Made by a program: the position numbers and the translations under genes. This document shows positions 25,801-39,483 of a DNA stretch of 64,000 bases, piece by piece. Source of the stretch: Ylistrum balloti (Eukaryota); the NCBI RefSeq assembly GCF_031769215.1, contig NW_026781974.1, forward strand, positions 1,364,001-1,428,000, written 5' to 3'. The notes below the pieces were generated by a model. It was not told the origin of the DNA and made no database searches. It saw only the letters and a list, made by a program, of their open reading frames with translations. Each line of letters starts with the position of its first letter. Positions within the stretch are counted from its first letter, which is position 1.

Positions 25801-26439
25801 TTCTTCATCTTTAAACAATTAAGATTCAATATCTATCCACCACAATCTTTCAGCTAACTTATAGACAGAATTGTCGTTGATCTGTTAAAGACAATGGAAA
25901 CTAAAATTATGTATAAAATTGTAAATGAATGCAAACCAATTGTTAATTCTGGGTGTATTGATGATTCTCAGGTCCTTGGCCTCCATTGCTCTACACGTAA
26001 GTAGCTGGCCCTCTCTACACCATGATAATTACACACTGGCTAGAATGTGCTTTCCTAGAACAGGCAATGATGACTCATCCCCTGTCTAACGGAATTCTGT
26101 CTGCCTGTTGCCTTGGAAACCACATCCAAGATGGATTGACTCTATCAATGTTTACTTTATACAAAAATGATAAAAAGATATTCAAACAAGTTCTGAAGTT
26201 TCATTTTCACTTTAAATCACAAAGATAAAAAAAAACCCAATCATTTAAAAATGTGTAGTACATTAGCCAGTCTGATCTCTCATCACCTATTGATCATCCA
26301 ACTCATTACAAACCCCTCAGGTAATATATATATCAATAGCAATAGTGCCTGGCCATACATCCTTCAGTATCAGGGAAAGATACATTTGGAAGTTGGAGTG
26401 AGTTATTTATATATATACAAGAATTACATAAAATAATGT

Positions 26440-27100
26440 CTCACCTGTCCCAATTATTAGTACTGTCATAGTCCTAAAAATACACAGAAATTTTTAATCT
26501 CCGGCTTAATTTTAATCAATCGTGTTTTTTTCATGTTTGAAGACTTCATGCATTGTACAGCATGTAATAATTTTTTTGCAAATTGCAAATTTGCTGTTTT
26601 TACCATTTTTACATCAAAAATATCAATTCTTCCTAAAGAGAAAGAGAATAATTTATCAAATATTTTAAAGTACTTTTTTAGATGTGACTTCAGACCATCA
26701 CAGACCATCATGACAAAATAGTGATTTCTCAACATCTGAGTTGAGAAGTATGCACTTAAATGTAACTGCTTTCTAGATTTGATTGAAATAGCTCTTGCAC
26801 TTATGAGAAACTGTCCAAAACACTGAAGTTTTTAAGTATCCTCAAATTTCAAAGATGCTGAAACATAAAATCTGAAAGCTATTTTGTAAATGATGAATGT
26901 GTTGAGGTGTCCACCATTTAATCAAGCTATATACTAAGTTCAGCTAAAGTTGGATTCATACCTTTTGAGCGACAGATTTAAAATAAAAACTTTACAGTGA
27001 AATGTTGATAGCCACACTGTACATGTCCTCTGTGTGGCCAGAAACGGAACACCTCCATAGCCTCACTCCCACAATTTTTTGTTGCGGGTGAATAAAAAAC
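26440..27100. mobile_element. Probable degenerate non-autonomous element
   Basis: Left end TGTCTCACCTGTCCC; right end stem-loop-like CCCACAATTTTTTGTTGCGGGTG followed by AATAAAAA. Low specificity. Confidence 0.3.
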
Positions 27101-27649
27101 TTTAATATTTATATAAATTTGGTGGATTTCTAAATGTTTATCATCATTTACACCCCTTTTTAAGATTAATACTTCATTTCAAACTATTAATAACTAAATT
27201 GGATATTACTCAATCTCTTTAACGTACAAATATCAGTACAATTTTACTATGACAGAGATCAAACAAACAATGATCCCCCGATTAAATAATTTGATCCCTA
27301 ATTCTACCTGTATACTGGCTGGTTCAAACAGTTTTGAAAACTTCTGACTCTGTGGACATTATCTGTGTTCATGTTTCTGATATCAATAAATTCAATACCT
27401 ACATTTAAATATCCATGCCATTGATTTGCTGAAACATCATGGAGGATCAGACTTTTATGATTTAGACTTGACATCCAGAAATCAGACACTAACGACTTTG
27501 ATATCATTACTGTGGTCACCGTGATGTCTACATTTAAGATATTGATTCCGGAAACCTGATATCTATATTCAGACATTCTGATATTGGGGAGTCCCACGCT
27601 TTAGACATCTACTGCCTGTCTCCACATATGACGTCCATGTTCATGGCAC

Positions 27650-28188
27650 TCTGGCATACATGATACACACCTGAGACATCCACACACCTAAAACTTTAAC
27701 ATTCTGACATACATGGTACACACCTGAGACATCCACACACCTAAAACTTTAACATTCTGACATACATGATACACACCTGAGACATCCACACACCTAAAAC
27801 TTTAACATTCTGACATACATGATACACACCTGAGACATCCACACACCTAAAACTTTAACATTCTGACATACATGATACACACCTGAGACATCCACACACC
27901 TAAAACTTTAACATTCTGACATACATGATACACACCTGAGACATCCACACACCTAAAACTTTAACATTCTGACATACATGATACACACCTGAGACATCCA
28001 CATACCTAAAACTTTAACATTCTGACATACATGATACACACCTGAGACATCCACATACCTAAAACTTTAACATTCTGACATACATGATACACACCTGAGA
28101 CATCCACATACCTAAAACTTTAACATTCTGACATACATGATACACACCTGAGACATCCACATACCTAAAACTTAAACATTCTGACATC
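27650..28188. repeat. Minisatellite, 53-bp unit CATGATACACACCTGAGACATCCACACACCTAAAACTTTAACATTCTGACATA, about 10 copies
   Basis: Period 53 at 27671/27724/27777. Confidence 0.95.
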
Positions 28189-28464
28189 ATGAACTATGGA
28201 TTAGATTCAACGTTAAAAAGACATGTTTTGTACACATGATGTACAACGCACTTTTAGACATGAAACTTTACCATTCATCCTCATTGAAAATACATGACGA
28301 CGATTACAGCAGTCAATATGTGATCAACACTTAAAGCAGCTGACTGATATGATAAGTATTAGTCATACCATACAATGGGTTCTGTGTCAGTTCACTGATC
28401 AGACTGTCATCAGAGGACAAACCTTACACCTAATACAGTACGTGTTTACTTTGATCATGTTTCT

Positions 28465-28560
28465 AGTTTGTTTATTGGGTTTATCATCCATGAACAGCCA
28501 GGGTCATTTAAGGTGGGGTCTTCTGGTAGTAGCTGGTGGTAACCTTACTGAACAACATAT
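28465..28560. mobile_element. SINE-like terminal fragment (TTTGTTTATTGGGTTT..AACAGCCAGGGTCATTTAAGG)
   Basis: Motif recalled as a common mollusc SINE end in reverse orientation; not verified. Confidence 0.3.
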
Positions 28561-29789
28561 GGGAGGCCGATCACATGCCATCCACAGCCATTCGGGTAAA
28601 GTGAAGTACTGAATGATACAATCATGACTGACTTCTAAAAATTCAATGATGTGAAAAATTTAAGCTTTTAAATCAATACATGACCTGAGCTAACTTTGCC
28701 AATTTGAATATTCTTAACTCAATATTATCTATTTCCTTTTTTTCCCCAGGCTTTTGAAGAATTTGAATTTCTAAGTGTTGATACTTTCAATCTAATTAGA
28801 TACATATATAAAACTTGTACCAGATAAGAAGATAAATGTGAAATAAATCAGAATTAAAATACAATTCTGCTGGATTTAAGACTGACCTTTTTATAACTTT
28901 CCGGTATTGATCAGCTATCCTGGCCTTTTTATCAAAGGAAAAATATGGGTCAAACCCATCAATGTGATAGAGCCAGTACAACCGTAACAAGATCCGGGAC
29001 ACATCCTCTTTCTGATTCAATCATAAAAGAACTGATAACAGAATAATTATTGATCAATCTCTATACAAAACGTAACAGGTAATTCAGGTATTTTACTATG
29101 AACTACTAGAAGTAGAATTATCGATGATTTGTCAGGGATTACATTGTCACAAACTTTCTAGCACACTCATTACATGCTTAATCTAATGGGTCAGGCTCAT
29201 AAAGGCCCACAAGTCGGGTGCAATTGATTAATGAGTCAAAACATAAACATAGTGAAAATGGATATGAAGAAATACTTCATTTGTTGTTGACCCATTTCAG
29301 AAATGGTTAAAATCATACATCTGAGTCCCTCACACCCAGGACAAAAAAAAAACATCTCTAAAACAAGATGGTTTAACTTCGAAGGGTTAATATTTCCGTG
29401 TTGTCCAGTTTTGGCCAGTACACGAGCATTAAATTTCATGGATGTCTATAAAATGATGTCCATGTATACATTCTTTACAGATATTTTAAGCAGTTTTCAT
29501 TCACAAATGATTGCTGGGTATTTTCTTTTGTGTTATTGAACAGAATTAAATCTCCTGCAAATTTTACCAACTATGTAGTATGCTGCATTCTGCTGGATAT
29601 ATTTGAAGTCAGACAATATGCATCAAGTATCAATGTTGGAAACTCTAATAATAATGTTACATAATGTTATGTAAGAGATCACAGATGGATCTTGGTGCCC
29701 ACCATTATTTAATGTTTATTTGTTCTCTGAAAGCTGGAGCTTTTCCCTTTTATTTATCCCCTCTTTCCTCTGTATTACCATTATCAATG

Positions 29790-30118
29790 TTCTATAAAAC
29801 ATGTATCAGGGGTGATAACTCTGTCTATATAACCTGTATCAGGGGTGATAACTCTGTTCTATAAAACCTGTATCAGGGGTGACAACTCTGTTCTATAAAG
29901 CCTGTATCAGGGATGACAACTCTGTTCTATAAAACCTGTATCAGGGATGACAACTCTGTTATATAAAACCTGTATCAGGGATGACAACTCTGTTCTATAA
30001 AACCTGTATCAGGGATGACAACTCTGTTCTATAAAACCTGTATCAGGGGTGACAACCCTGTTCTATAAAGCCTGTATCTGGGATGACAACTCTGTTCTCT
30101 AAAACCTGTATCAGGAAT
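29790..30118. repeat. Minisatellite, 34-bp unit CTATAAAACCTGTATCAGGG(G/A)TGACAACTCTGTT, about 9 copies
   Basis: Directly visible. Confidence 0.95.
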
Positions 30119-30639
30119 AAGTCCATTATGTTTTATGAAATCCATATGGGAGTGATTAACATTGCTTTAAACCAATATCAGGATTAATTTCTCCAGGAAC
30201 ACTCTATCAAACCCATACAAAATTTGTATCAAAGGGGTCAACTGAGCTAATGTTCAATATCAAGAGGAGGGAGGGTGGGCTGCATAGTATTCTATAAAAC
30301 AATTATACACTCTGACTAAATGAAGTGTTTGTAAATACGCCCTTATCTGTTGTGCTGTATGTTCAAAGCCTACAGAATTGCTACCAAACACACTGTACTT
30401 ATACACAGATTTGAAAGGCAATTACTGAGCAGACCGACCAGTAAATGGATCCAATCTCATTTGTTGAGATTTACAATACCAGACAGACTGGCAGACTAAC
30501 TTTTCCTAGATAACTGAGTATTTGTACTAATAAAGATGAATGTATTAGAAATAGCATAACACATTAAGTCCTGCACATTTTTAACATGTTACTGACTTTT
30601 AAATAGATCCATTTAATCCTAAATCTTAAACAGAACACA

Positions 30640-31095
30640 GACAATAATATCCAGACTTGATTTTTCTCTCCAGAGACATGGTAACTATACAAGATTTCTG
30701 ACAACAATATACAAGTTTGTCTTCTCTCCAGAGACATAGTAACTATACAAGATTTCTGACAACAATATACAAGTTTGTCTTCTCTCCAGAGACATGGTAA
30801 CTATACAAGATTTCTGACAACAATATACAAGTTTGTCTTCTCTCCAGAGACATGGTAACTATACAAGATTTCTGACAACAATATACAAGTTTGTCTTCTC
30901 TCCAGAGACATGGTAACTATACAAGATTTCTGACAACAATATACAAGTTTGTCTTCTCTCCAGAGACATGGTAACTATACAAGATTTCTGACAACAATAT
31001 ACAAGTTTGTCTTCTCTCCAGAGACATGGTAACTATACAAGATTTCTGACAACAATATACAAATTTGTCTTCTTCTCTGTAGAGACATGGATAAT
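30640..31095. repeat. Minisatellite, 58-bp unit TCTCTCCAGAGACATGGTAACTATACAAGATTTCTGACAACAATATACAAGTTTGTCT, about 7.5 copies
   Basis: Period 58 at 30670/30728/30786. Confidence 0.95.
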
Positions 31096-31297
31096 CATAA
31101 CAAGATTTGAAACTTTCACTAGAATCAAGATGTTGGTGTTAGACAATACCGTATGAACAATCGATGACAATCAAATTAATTTGCATTTGTTGTCTTGTGC
31201 TTCCAGAAGTTCAATCGAAGAACAGAATCAAATTAATTTGTTTTCTGTTAATCAAAAAAGATAATTTTTTCATCTCTGGCTCTGAATCATCTCCTTT

Positions 31298-31648
31298 ATC
31301 TAGGTCATATCGTTGGTCTGCTTGGAGACATATCTAGGTCATATTGTTTGTCTGAGCAGAAATAGATATTCATCTATTTAGAGATAGATCTAGGTCATAT
31401 TGTTCATCTGCACGGAGACATATTTAGGTCATATTGTTCATCTGCACTGAGACATATCTAGGTCATATTGTTCATCTATATGGAGACATATCTAGGTCAT
31501 ATTGTTCATCTATATGGAGACACATCTAGGTCATATTGTTCATCTGCTTGGAGACATATTTAGGTCATATTGTATGTCTGTGTGGAGACATATCTAGGTC
31601 ATATTGTATGTCTGCGTGGAGACATATCTAGGTCATATTGTTCATCTG
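31298..31648. repeat. Minisatellite, 34-bp unit GGAGACATATCTAGGTCATATTGTTCATCTGCAC, about 10 copies
   Basis: Period 34 at 31392/31426. Confidence 0.95.
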
Positions 31649-31759
31649 GGAGGAATGGGCATAGAGCGAAGAGTAGGACAAATAGCAATCTCAAGGTCAA
31701 AACAGATATGGAATGAGTGAAGGACAGACATAAAAGCAAGAACGGAACTGATATGGCAC

Positions 31760-33510
31760 TGAGGGAGGAGGGACAGACATGAGATTGAGGGAGAAGGGAC
31801 AGACATGTGACTGAGGGAGGAGGGACAGACATGTGACTGAGGGAGGAGGGACAGACATGAGACTGAGGGAGAAGGGACAGACATGAGACTGAGGGAGGAG
31901 GGACAGACATGAGATTGAGGGAGGAGGGACAGACATGAGACTGAGGGAGGAGGGACAGACATAAGACTTAGGGAGGAGGGACAGACATGTGACTGAGGGA
32001 GAAGGGACAGACATGAGATTGAGGGAGGAGGGACAGACATGAGACTGAGGGAGGAGGGACAGACATGAGACTGAGGGAGGAGGGACAGACATGAGACTGA
32101 GGGAGGAGGGACAGACATGTGACTGAGGGAGGAGGGACAGACATGAGACTGAGGGAGGAGGGACAGACATGAGATTGAGGGAGAAGGGACAGACATGAGA
32201 CTGAGGGAGAAGGGACAGACATGAGACTGAGGGAGAAGGGACAGACATGAGACTGAGGGAGGAGGGACAGACATGAGACTGAGGGAGGAGGGACAGACAT
32301 GAGACTGAGGGAGGAGGGACAGACATGAGACTGAGGGAGGAGAGACAGACATGAGACTGAGGGAGGAGGGACAGACATGAGATTGAGGGAGGAGGGACAG
32401 ACATGAGACTGAGGGAGGAGGGACAGACATAAGACTTAGGGAGGAGGGACAGATATGAGATTGAGGGAGGAGGGACAGACATGAGACTGAGGGAGAAGGG
32501 ACAGACATGAGACTTAGGGAGGAGTGACAAACATGAGACTGAGGGAGAAGGGACAGACATGAGACTTAGGGAGGAGGGACAGACATGAGACTGAGGGAGG
32601 AGGGACAGACATGAGATTGAGGGAGAAGGGACAGACATGAGACTGAGGGAGAAGGGACAGACATGAGACTGAGGGAGAAGGGACAGACATGAGACTGAGG
32701 GAGGAGGGACAGACATGAGATTGAGGGAGGAGGGACAGACATGAGACTGAGGGAGGAGGGACAGACATGACAGACATGTGACTGAGGGAGAAGGGACAGA
32801 CATGAGGAGGGGAGGGACAGACATGAGACTTAGGGAGGAGGGACAGACATGTGATGAGGGAGGAGGGACAGAGATGAGATTGAGGGAGGAGGGACAGACA
32901 TGTGATGAGGGAGGAGGGACAGACATGAGACTGAGGGAGGAGGGACAGACATGAGACTGAGGGAGGAGGGACAGACATGTGATGAGGGAGGAGGGACAGA
33001 GATGAGATTGAGGGAGGAGGGACAGACATGAGACTGAGGGAGGAGGGACAGACATGTGATGAGGGAGGAGGGACAGACATGAGACTGAGGGAGGAGGGAC
33101 AGACATGTGACTGAGGGAGGAGGGACAGACATGAGATTGAGGGAGGAGGGACAGACATGAGACTGAGGGAGGAGGGACAGACATGAGACTGAGGGAGGAG
33201 GGACAGAGATGAGATTGAGGGAGGAGGCAGACTGAGAATTGAGTAAGGTGGTATAGACATGATACCAAGAGAGAAGGGACAGGCATGAATTTAGGAAGGA
33301 TAGACATGAGTCTGAGGGAAGAGGGTGTAGACCTGAAATTGAGGAAGGAGGTATAGACATGGGACCAGGAGAGAAGGGTCAGGCATGAATGGAGGGAGAA
33401 TAGGCATGGGTCTGAGGGAGGAGGGGCAGACATGTGATGAGGAAGGAGGGATGGACAGACATGTGGGAGAAGAACATATATATGACTGAGGTAGGAGGGA
33501 CAGACATGAA
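31760..33510. repeat. Purine/G-rich minisatellite, 26-bp unit TGAGGGAGGAGGGACAGACATGAGAC, about 56 core copies plus degenerate flank
   Basis: Period 26 at 31812/31838. Source of the 605, 288, 248, 176 and 136 aa minus-strand pseudo-ORFs. Confidence 0.97.
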
Positions 33511-33809
33511 ACAATCTTATAAACTATATGTTGATAGAACTTAGTTTTATAAAAAATATTACCAAAATATTTCATAAATCATCTAATTTAATTATTACTT
33601 TATAACATATCAATCGAAATCACAATATGAACACAAGCATACATCAATTGTTAAACTAGTTACTGCAAACAAAACATAAACAGCTAGAGGCACTGTAGGT
33701 GTAAATACTACTGTTAATGAAGTAAATGTTGCAGTTGAGGCTTGGATAGAGCACATTTTGTACCATCTGGCACAATATATGTATCTCACAAGTCTTCTTA
33801 CTAATCATC

Positions 33810-33900
33810 AGTGATATCTACACATCCTCCCCAGTCCCCTACCCCCTAATGTTTATATCTACACATCCTCCCCAGCTCCCTACCCCCTAATGTTTATAAG
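33810..33900. repeat. Tandem duplication, about 41 bp (ATATCTACACATCCTCCCCAGTCCCCTACCCCCTAATGTTT)
   Basis: Two near-identical copies. Confidence 0.85.
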
Positions 33901-34024
33901 TACAACAGCATGTATCTATACAGATGTTTATAATATAATCATGCTTACATCCCACGACTGGTACCTCAGCAAATATTGCTTTCAGAATGTAAATCTAAAA
34001 CTTTGCTGTCATATTGGTCAGTAC

Positions 34025-34330
34025 ATCATACAGGTGACAATTTACACAGGTGATAATTCATACAGGTGACAATTTACACAGGTGATAATTCATACAGGTG
34101 ATAATTTACACAGGTAATAATTCATACAGGTGACAATTCATACAGGTGACAATTTACACAGGTGAGAATTCATACAGGTGACAATTCATACAGGTGACAA
34201 TTTACACAGGTGACTGTTTAGAGGTGACAGTTTCTACAGATGACTGTTTATACAAGTGATAATTTATACATGTCATGATTTATACAGTGACTGATTATAA
34301 AGGTGACAGTTTATGCAGGTGACTGTTTGT
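34025..34330. repeat. Minisatellite, 16-bp unit CAGGTGACAATTTACA / CAGGTGATAATTCATA, 12 clean copies then degenerate
   Basis: CAGGT at exact 16-bp spacing from 34031 to 34207. Confidence 0.95.
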
Positions 34331-35904
34331 AAAAAGTGATAATTTTTTATGTGATAATTCCTACATGAGACAGTCAATATGAGTGAAAATTGTCAAGGTT
34401 ACATTAAGTTACCACATGTTACAGGGCTCAAATGATTATACCAGTCACTATTTTATTAAGGTTTTTGTGTGACAGTTGATAGAGTTTTTACAGATAACAT
34501 TTAATACAGATAAAAAGTTGCATCACTTAAGTGTTTTTTATACCTGTTACATGTTACCTTTAATGACTATGGACTGACTGACCCTTACCTGTTTGTCTCC
34601 ATGTTCCTGGCTTGTAATAAACTGTTATATTATTATATCACTGGTAATTTGTAGTAATGTTCATCAGTCTGTAGTAAATTTGTCCATACAGAAAATCCAT
34701 CCACAGAAATTACACTTTTGTAAAGGTAGCCCATCCATTGTAAGGTATAAACAGACAATTATCCACAGCAAGATTTACACAGCTAATCCTTAGTAATTTT
34801 TATACAGGTAGTCCATTATTTTGGCAATAGGAGTAATCCATTTTGATTTAAATACAAATGATTAATAGTGAGGTAAGTAATCTTTGTATCTACATAGGAA
34901 ATCACTGTTAGTGGATAACTATCATTTCTGTCTCACCACAACATCAATATCTGACAGCAAAACAGAGAGAGCCTGCCTCATCAGCTACCACAGGTACTCC
35001 GTGAAGTATTACTCATCAGGCTGTCAGCATCCGCGACTATTCACAGCCACTGAAGCTTTAAACTGTGTCATATCATACTCATTGACACAACATAACATTG
35101 TTCCTGACCTCCAGTGACCTCACACTTGAACTTTTGTAACCCTTGACCTCCTGATTCAAACTAGATCCTATGTCCCAATAATGTTTAGTACCTAAAGCCG
35201 TATACAGTGGCTGTGTATGTTCCCCAGTGTGAAGGATTGGAGGCGCCCTGAGGAGAATGTATGGAATTCCGATACACCTAACACACTTTCCAGTTCTATA
35301 GATGACAGGCTGTGATCTGATCGGACCAGATCAACCATAAACAGATCAATACAATGATTTGTCAGATGAAATAGATGGTTTACGGACTGAGAATAACCAA
35401 TTCAATATTGTCGACATTCTTGGAGGAACAGCGAGTGTAACTTTATACTGAGACAATGTTTCTATTGACTCAGCACATGCAGAGACAATATCTTTATATT
35501 ACAATAAAGGCCTGTAAAGACACAATGTCTTTAGTCTGGTGTAGGTCCCAATGGGGACCAGTGCTGCACACTAATCATTCATATTACAAGCTCCATCAAC
35601 TAATTTGTCAGTTCCTCATAGCAGGCAGAGTGACTTGACAACTGATTCTAAACATGCAGCCCATATAGTCGACATACATACAAATATCTGATGATGAGCT
35701 GTAGACATTTATATACTATAGACAAATACCAACAACATCCAAATGATATCTGTTACAGCCTCCCAGACAGATATTTCATTACCTTCCTGAGGGACCAGTA
35801 CTGCTATGTCTGGTACTAGGCAACAGTATACCTAATATCTGCAGTGTCTGGTCCTCAGCATTTAAAGTATTAGTTTCTGTAGTACTTTCTGGTCCTGGCC
35901 AACA

Positions 35905-36660
35905 GAAAAAGTGTCTACAGTGCTTGTTTCTGACCTACAGTACAAATGTCTGGCTCCAACCTATAGTACAAGTGTCTACAGTGTCTGTCACTGACCTACA
36001 GTACAAGTGTCTACAGTGTCTGTCTCTGACCTACAGTATTAGTGTCTACAGAGTCTGTCTCTGACCTACAGTACAAGTGTCTACAGTGTCTGTCTCTGAC
36101 CTACAGTACAAGTGTCTACAATGTCTGTCTCTGACCTACAGTACAAGTGTCTACAGTGTCTGTTTCTGACCTACAGTACAAGTGTCTACAATGTCTGTCT
36201 CTGACCTACAGTAAAAGTGTCTATGGTGCCTGTCTCTGACCCACAGTACAAGTGTCAGTACAAGTGTCTACAGTGTCTGTCTTTGGCCTACAGTAAAAGT
36301 GTCTACAGTGTCTGTCTCCAGTCTACAGTATAAGTGTCTACATTGTCTGTCTCCAGTCTACAGTAAAAGTGTCTACAGTGTCTGTCTCCAGCCTACAGTA
36401 CAATTGTCTACAGTGTCTGTCTCTGACCTACAGTATAAGTGTCTGCAGTGTCTTGTTCTGGCCTACAATACAAGTGTCTAGTGTCTGTTTCTGACCTACA
36501 GTACAAGGGTCTACAATGTCTAGTCCTGGTCTTCGGTATAAGTTTCTGCAGTACTGTCTAGTCCTGGTCTACAGTGCAAGAGTCTGTGGTTTCTTTTTCT
36601 GGTAATGGCCTACAGTGTCTGTCTCTGACCTTCATTACAAGTGTCTATAGTGTCTGTCTC
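35905..36660. repeat. Minisatellite, 35-bp unit CAGTACAAGTGTCTACAGTGTCTGTCTCTGACCTA, about 21 copies
   Basis: Period 35 at 36028/36063. Confidence 0.95.
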
Positions 36661-38199
36661 TGGCAAACACTTCAGGTATCTGCAGTACTGCTGCAGTCTA
36701 CGTAGACTGTAAGTATCTATATATATGCAGTTAGATACATCTGCCAACTACACTTGTATACATTACGTACACACATCAGAGCCAAGTAAGCAAAATGACT
36801 GAATTTCAATGGAATTCTAGGCACTGATTTGATATTAATTGATACTGCTTACTGTATAAGCTTTTGATTCCCGTGGTTTGCTAAGCAACCAAGAAAATGA
36901 AATAGGTAACACTAATACTGAACTAGTTTTTCTTGGAGAATATATCTACAAATGATTATATTGTGACCTAACCAATTTAAATCGTGACATAACCAATTCA
37001 AATCGTGACCTAACCAACTTAAATCTAAAGAAGATAGTGCCTACACAATATGATGTTATAAAGTAAGTTCCTATCTAGTTATAGGTCACTACTTTACCTT
37101 CAATAACTTAACATTACAATATTTGATTGTCAAATCTTCCAAACATGATTTCTACATTTAATAGGTAAACTACAGATTGTACAAAAACCGAAGGCACACA
37201 AGTAATTAGCATCTTTCATTACAAACAGTAGAGCCGAATGATGAATTAACTGCATCATACTACTGTTTCATCCTTCTAGTACTCAACAGTGATGCTAGTG
37301 ACTTAAATTTTGAAGCCTTGGAGGCAACTCAGGAAAATCCAAAGTGATTGAAAGAAAAGTCTTAACCTAGATAGGAAAGTGCACTAGCCCCATAATTAAT
37401 TGTTTCATAATTTTCATATATATCAGATAATTTTAGAACAACATAATGGAAAGATAGTAACTGAATGAAAACATCAGACTGACACTAACACAGTATATAT
37501 GATTATACCAGTACAGAAGAATATAAAAATCTCAGAATTCATTCCCAGCTCAAAATATAGCAGGATTGAGAAAGGTTTATAGAACTTCAGCTGAATTTAC
37601 AGCAGGTTTTTAGCAGGTGTTCTGCACTGCTGAATCACTGCTGTATTCTGAACTGAACAAGAAGTTGGTGAAATCATAAGTAATTCTATAGTGAGAATTA
37701 AGCAATCATTAAACAGGTTTTCAGCCTATCTGAAATTTAAATGAGCTATACTGCAGGTTTTCATCAGACAGCACAGCTGGATATATTCAGCAACCCTTGG
37801 ACCCTGCCCCATACAGATATGGACAATATATTGTAATTTCTACAGCAGAATGATTCCAACATATTTTCTGTTACAATATGTCTCCTATCAGACCCCGCCC
37901 TCCTGCCATAGGGTACTGACACCAACCATTTATACAAAATTGCCTCTCCTTCTTCAAAACACGCTTCAGACCAGACATTATCCTGGCATTCCTAAACAAC
38001 ATGGAAAATTAGAAAGGACTTGCTATATCTATTATCCATTTACTAAAAACTCCCCTTTAAAAGCATGCTTCAGACCAAATTGGGATGAAATCCAGGCATT
38101 CCTACAGAAGAAAAAGGATTTTAAAGAATTTGTTAAATTTCCCCTAGTTGGGCTTTGCCCCTTCTGTCTCAATAAGCTTAGACCCATCATTTATACAAA

Positions 38200-38945
38200 G
38201 TGATTCCAAGGATCCTATAGATCATATTAAGAGAATTTCTGCTCTGAATCTTTTCCCTTCTTTTCTCTCCTCTTCTCTGTTTTTGATCTTAATGATGAAA
38301 AATTTGAACATTCCTTTGCAGAAATAGCAATAATAATCTTTTACTGCCAAATCCAAGATGGTCGTCTGGAAGCCATTTTTTCCTAATCTGTGCCAAAATC
38401 AAACAGGTCCAACTAGAGACCAAAGAGAACCTATACATGAAATTTGAGAAAGATGTATGCTGTAGTTCTCAAGAAATAGCAATAACAAACTATCAAAGTC
38501 AAAATCCAAGATGGCCACCTGTCAACCATTTTGCTTTCCAGATCAGTCCAAAGATTCAATGGGCACCATTTGGGACAAAGGTAAACCTTCATATGAAATC
38601 ATCAGATGGTAGGTTAAAAATCAGGACAGAATCATGGCATTTTTAAAGAAAAAAATTGAAATGAATTTGCTCTCTTTCCTTTATTGGGTCCTGCCCCTCT
38701 CACCCAAGGGTGCTGATCGAGATTTTCTTTTTCCAAACCAAATTTGAACAAAATCCAATTCAGCAATCATTTCTACAGTAGAAGAATGATTTTTGAAAAA
38801 TTGCTTATTTTTCCCTTTTGTATGTACCTCCTGGCCCCTGGAATCCAAGAACCACAATTTTGTATCAACTTGGTTCCCGCTTTTCTCAAGGATGCTTCTG
38901 AACAAATTTTGTTGTTCATGACTACTAGCATAAGCTCACCAGTCA
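38200..38945. mobile_element. Composite dispersed repeat (AAATCCAAGATGG family units plus HINE-like terminus TAAGCTCACC)
   Basis: Motifs shared with 638-1320, 22780-23100 and 63700-64000. Confidence 0.55.
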
Positions 38946-39483
38946 CAGAAATAATACATGACCCATTTTTAAGGTGTGAAATTCTATTACCTATCTATAG
39001 GCACCTACATGCTAAATATGCAATTAAAGCTAGGATACTTCATTAGATATGCCCCTCCACTTCATAATATGTATATTCACAAAGGGTAGAAATTCTGCAT
39101 ATTTTAGACATGATGTATTTAATTAGTGTAAAGCAATGATCAAGCATTTCTTATTTTAATAACATATCTTAACAAAGATACAACAGATTATTTACTCTCA
39201 CCTAATTTCATTCAATGAAGACTTTTTTCGACCAGCCTTTCCATTGATGTTATACTTCTAGCTGATCACTGAAAGCTAACTAGGACACCTTTGTTGATTG
39301 GTCTGTCAGTGTTTTCACTCTTAATTTCCTGCATGTACAGAATCAGATTGGCACCAATCTGTTATCTCAGGACAGACAAGTTCTGAGTTTCTTTCTTATA
39401 CAGGAAACCTAATGTATGTATTGGGAATCCATTCTATTTTCATGAAATAGATTAAATGAATATTTAACATCTAATGACTTCCA

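Noticed and set aside
24942-25857. Series of overlapping Tyr/Thr/Pro-rich ORFs
   Set aside because: 80-bp repeat artefact with identical ORFs offset by 80 bp.
31599-33575. Long minus-strand ORFs up to 605 aa (MSVPPPSVSCLSLLPQSHVCPSSLSL repeats)
   Set aside because: Produced by a 26-bp unit (not a multiple of 3) that lacks stop codons. All frames give the same cyclic peptide, so this is not a gene.
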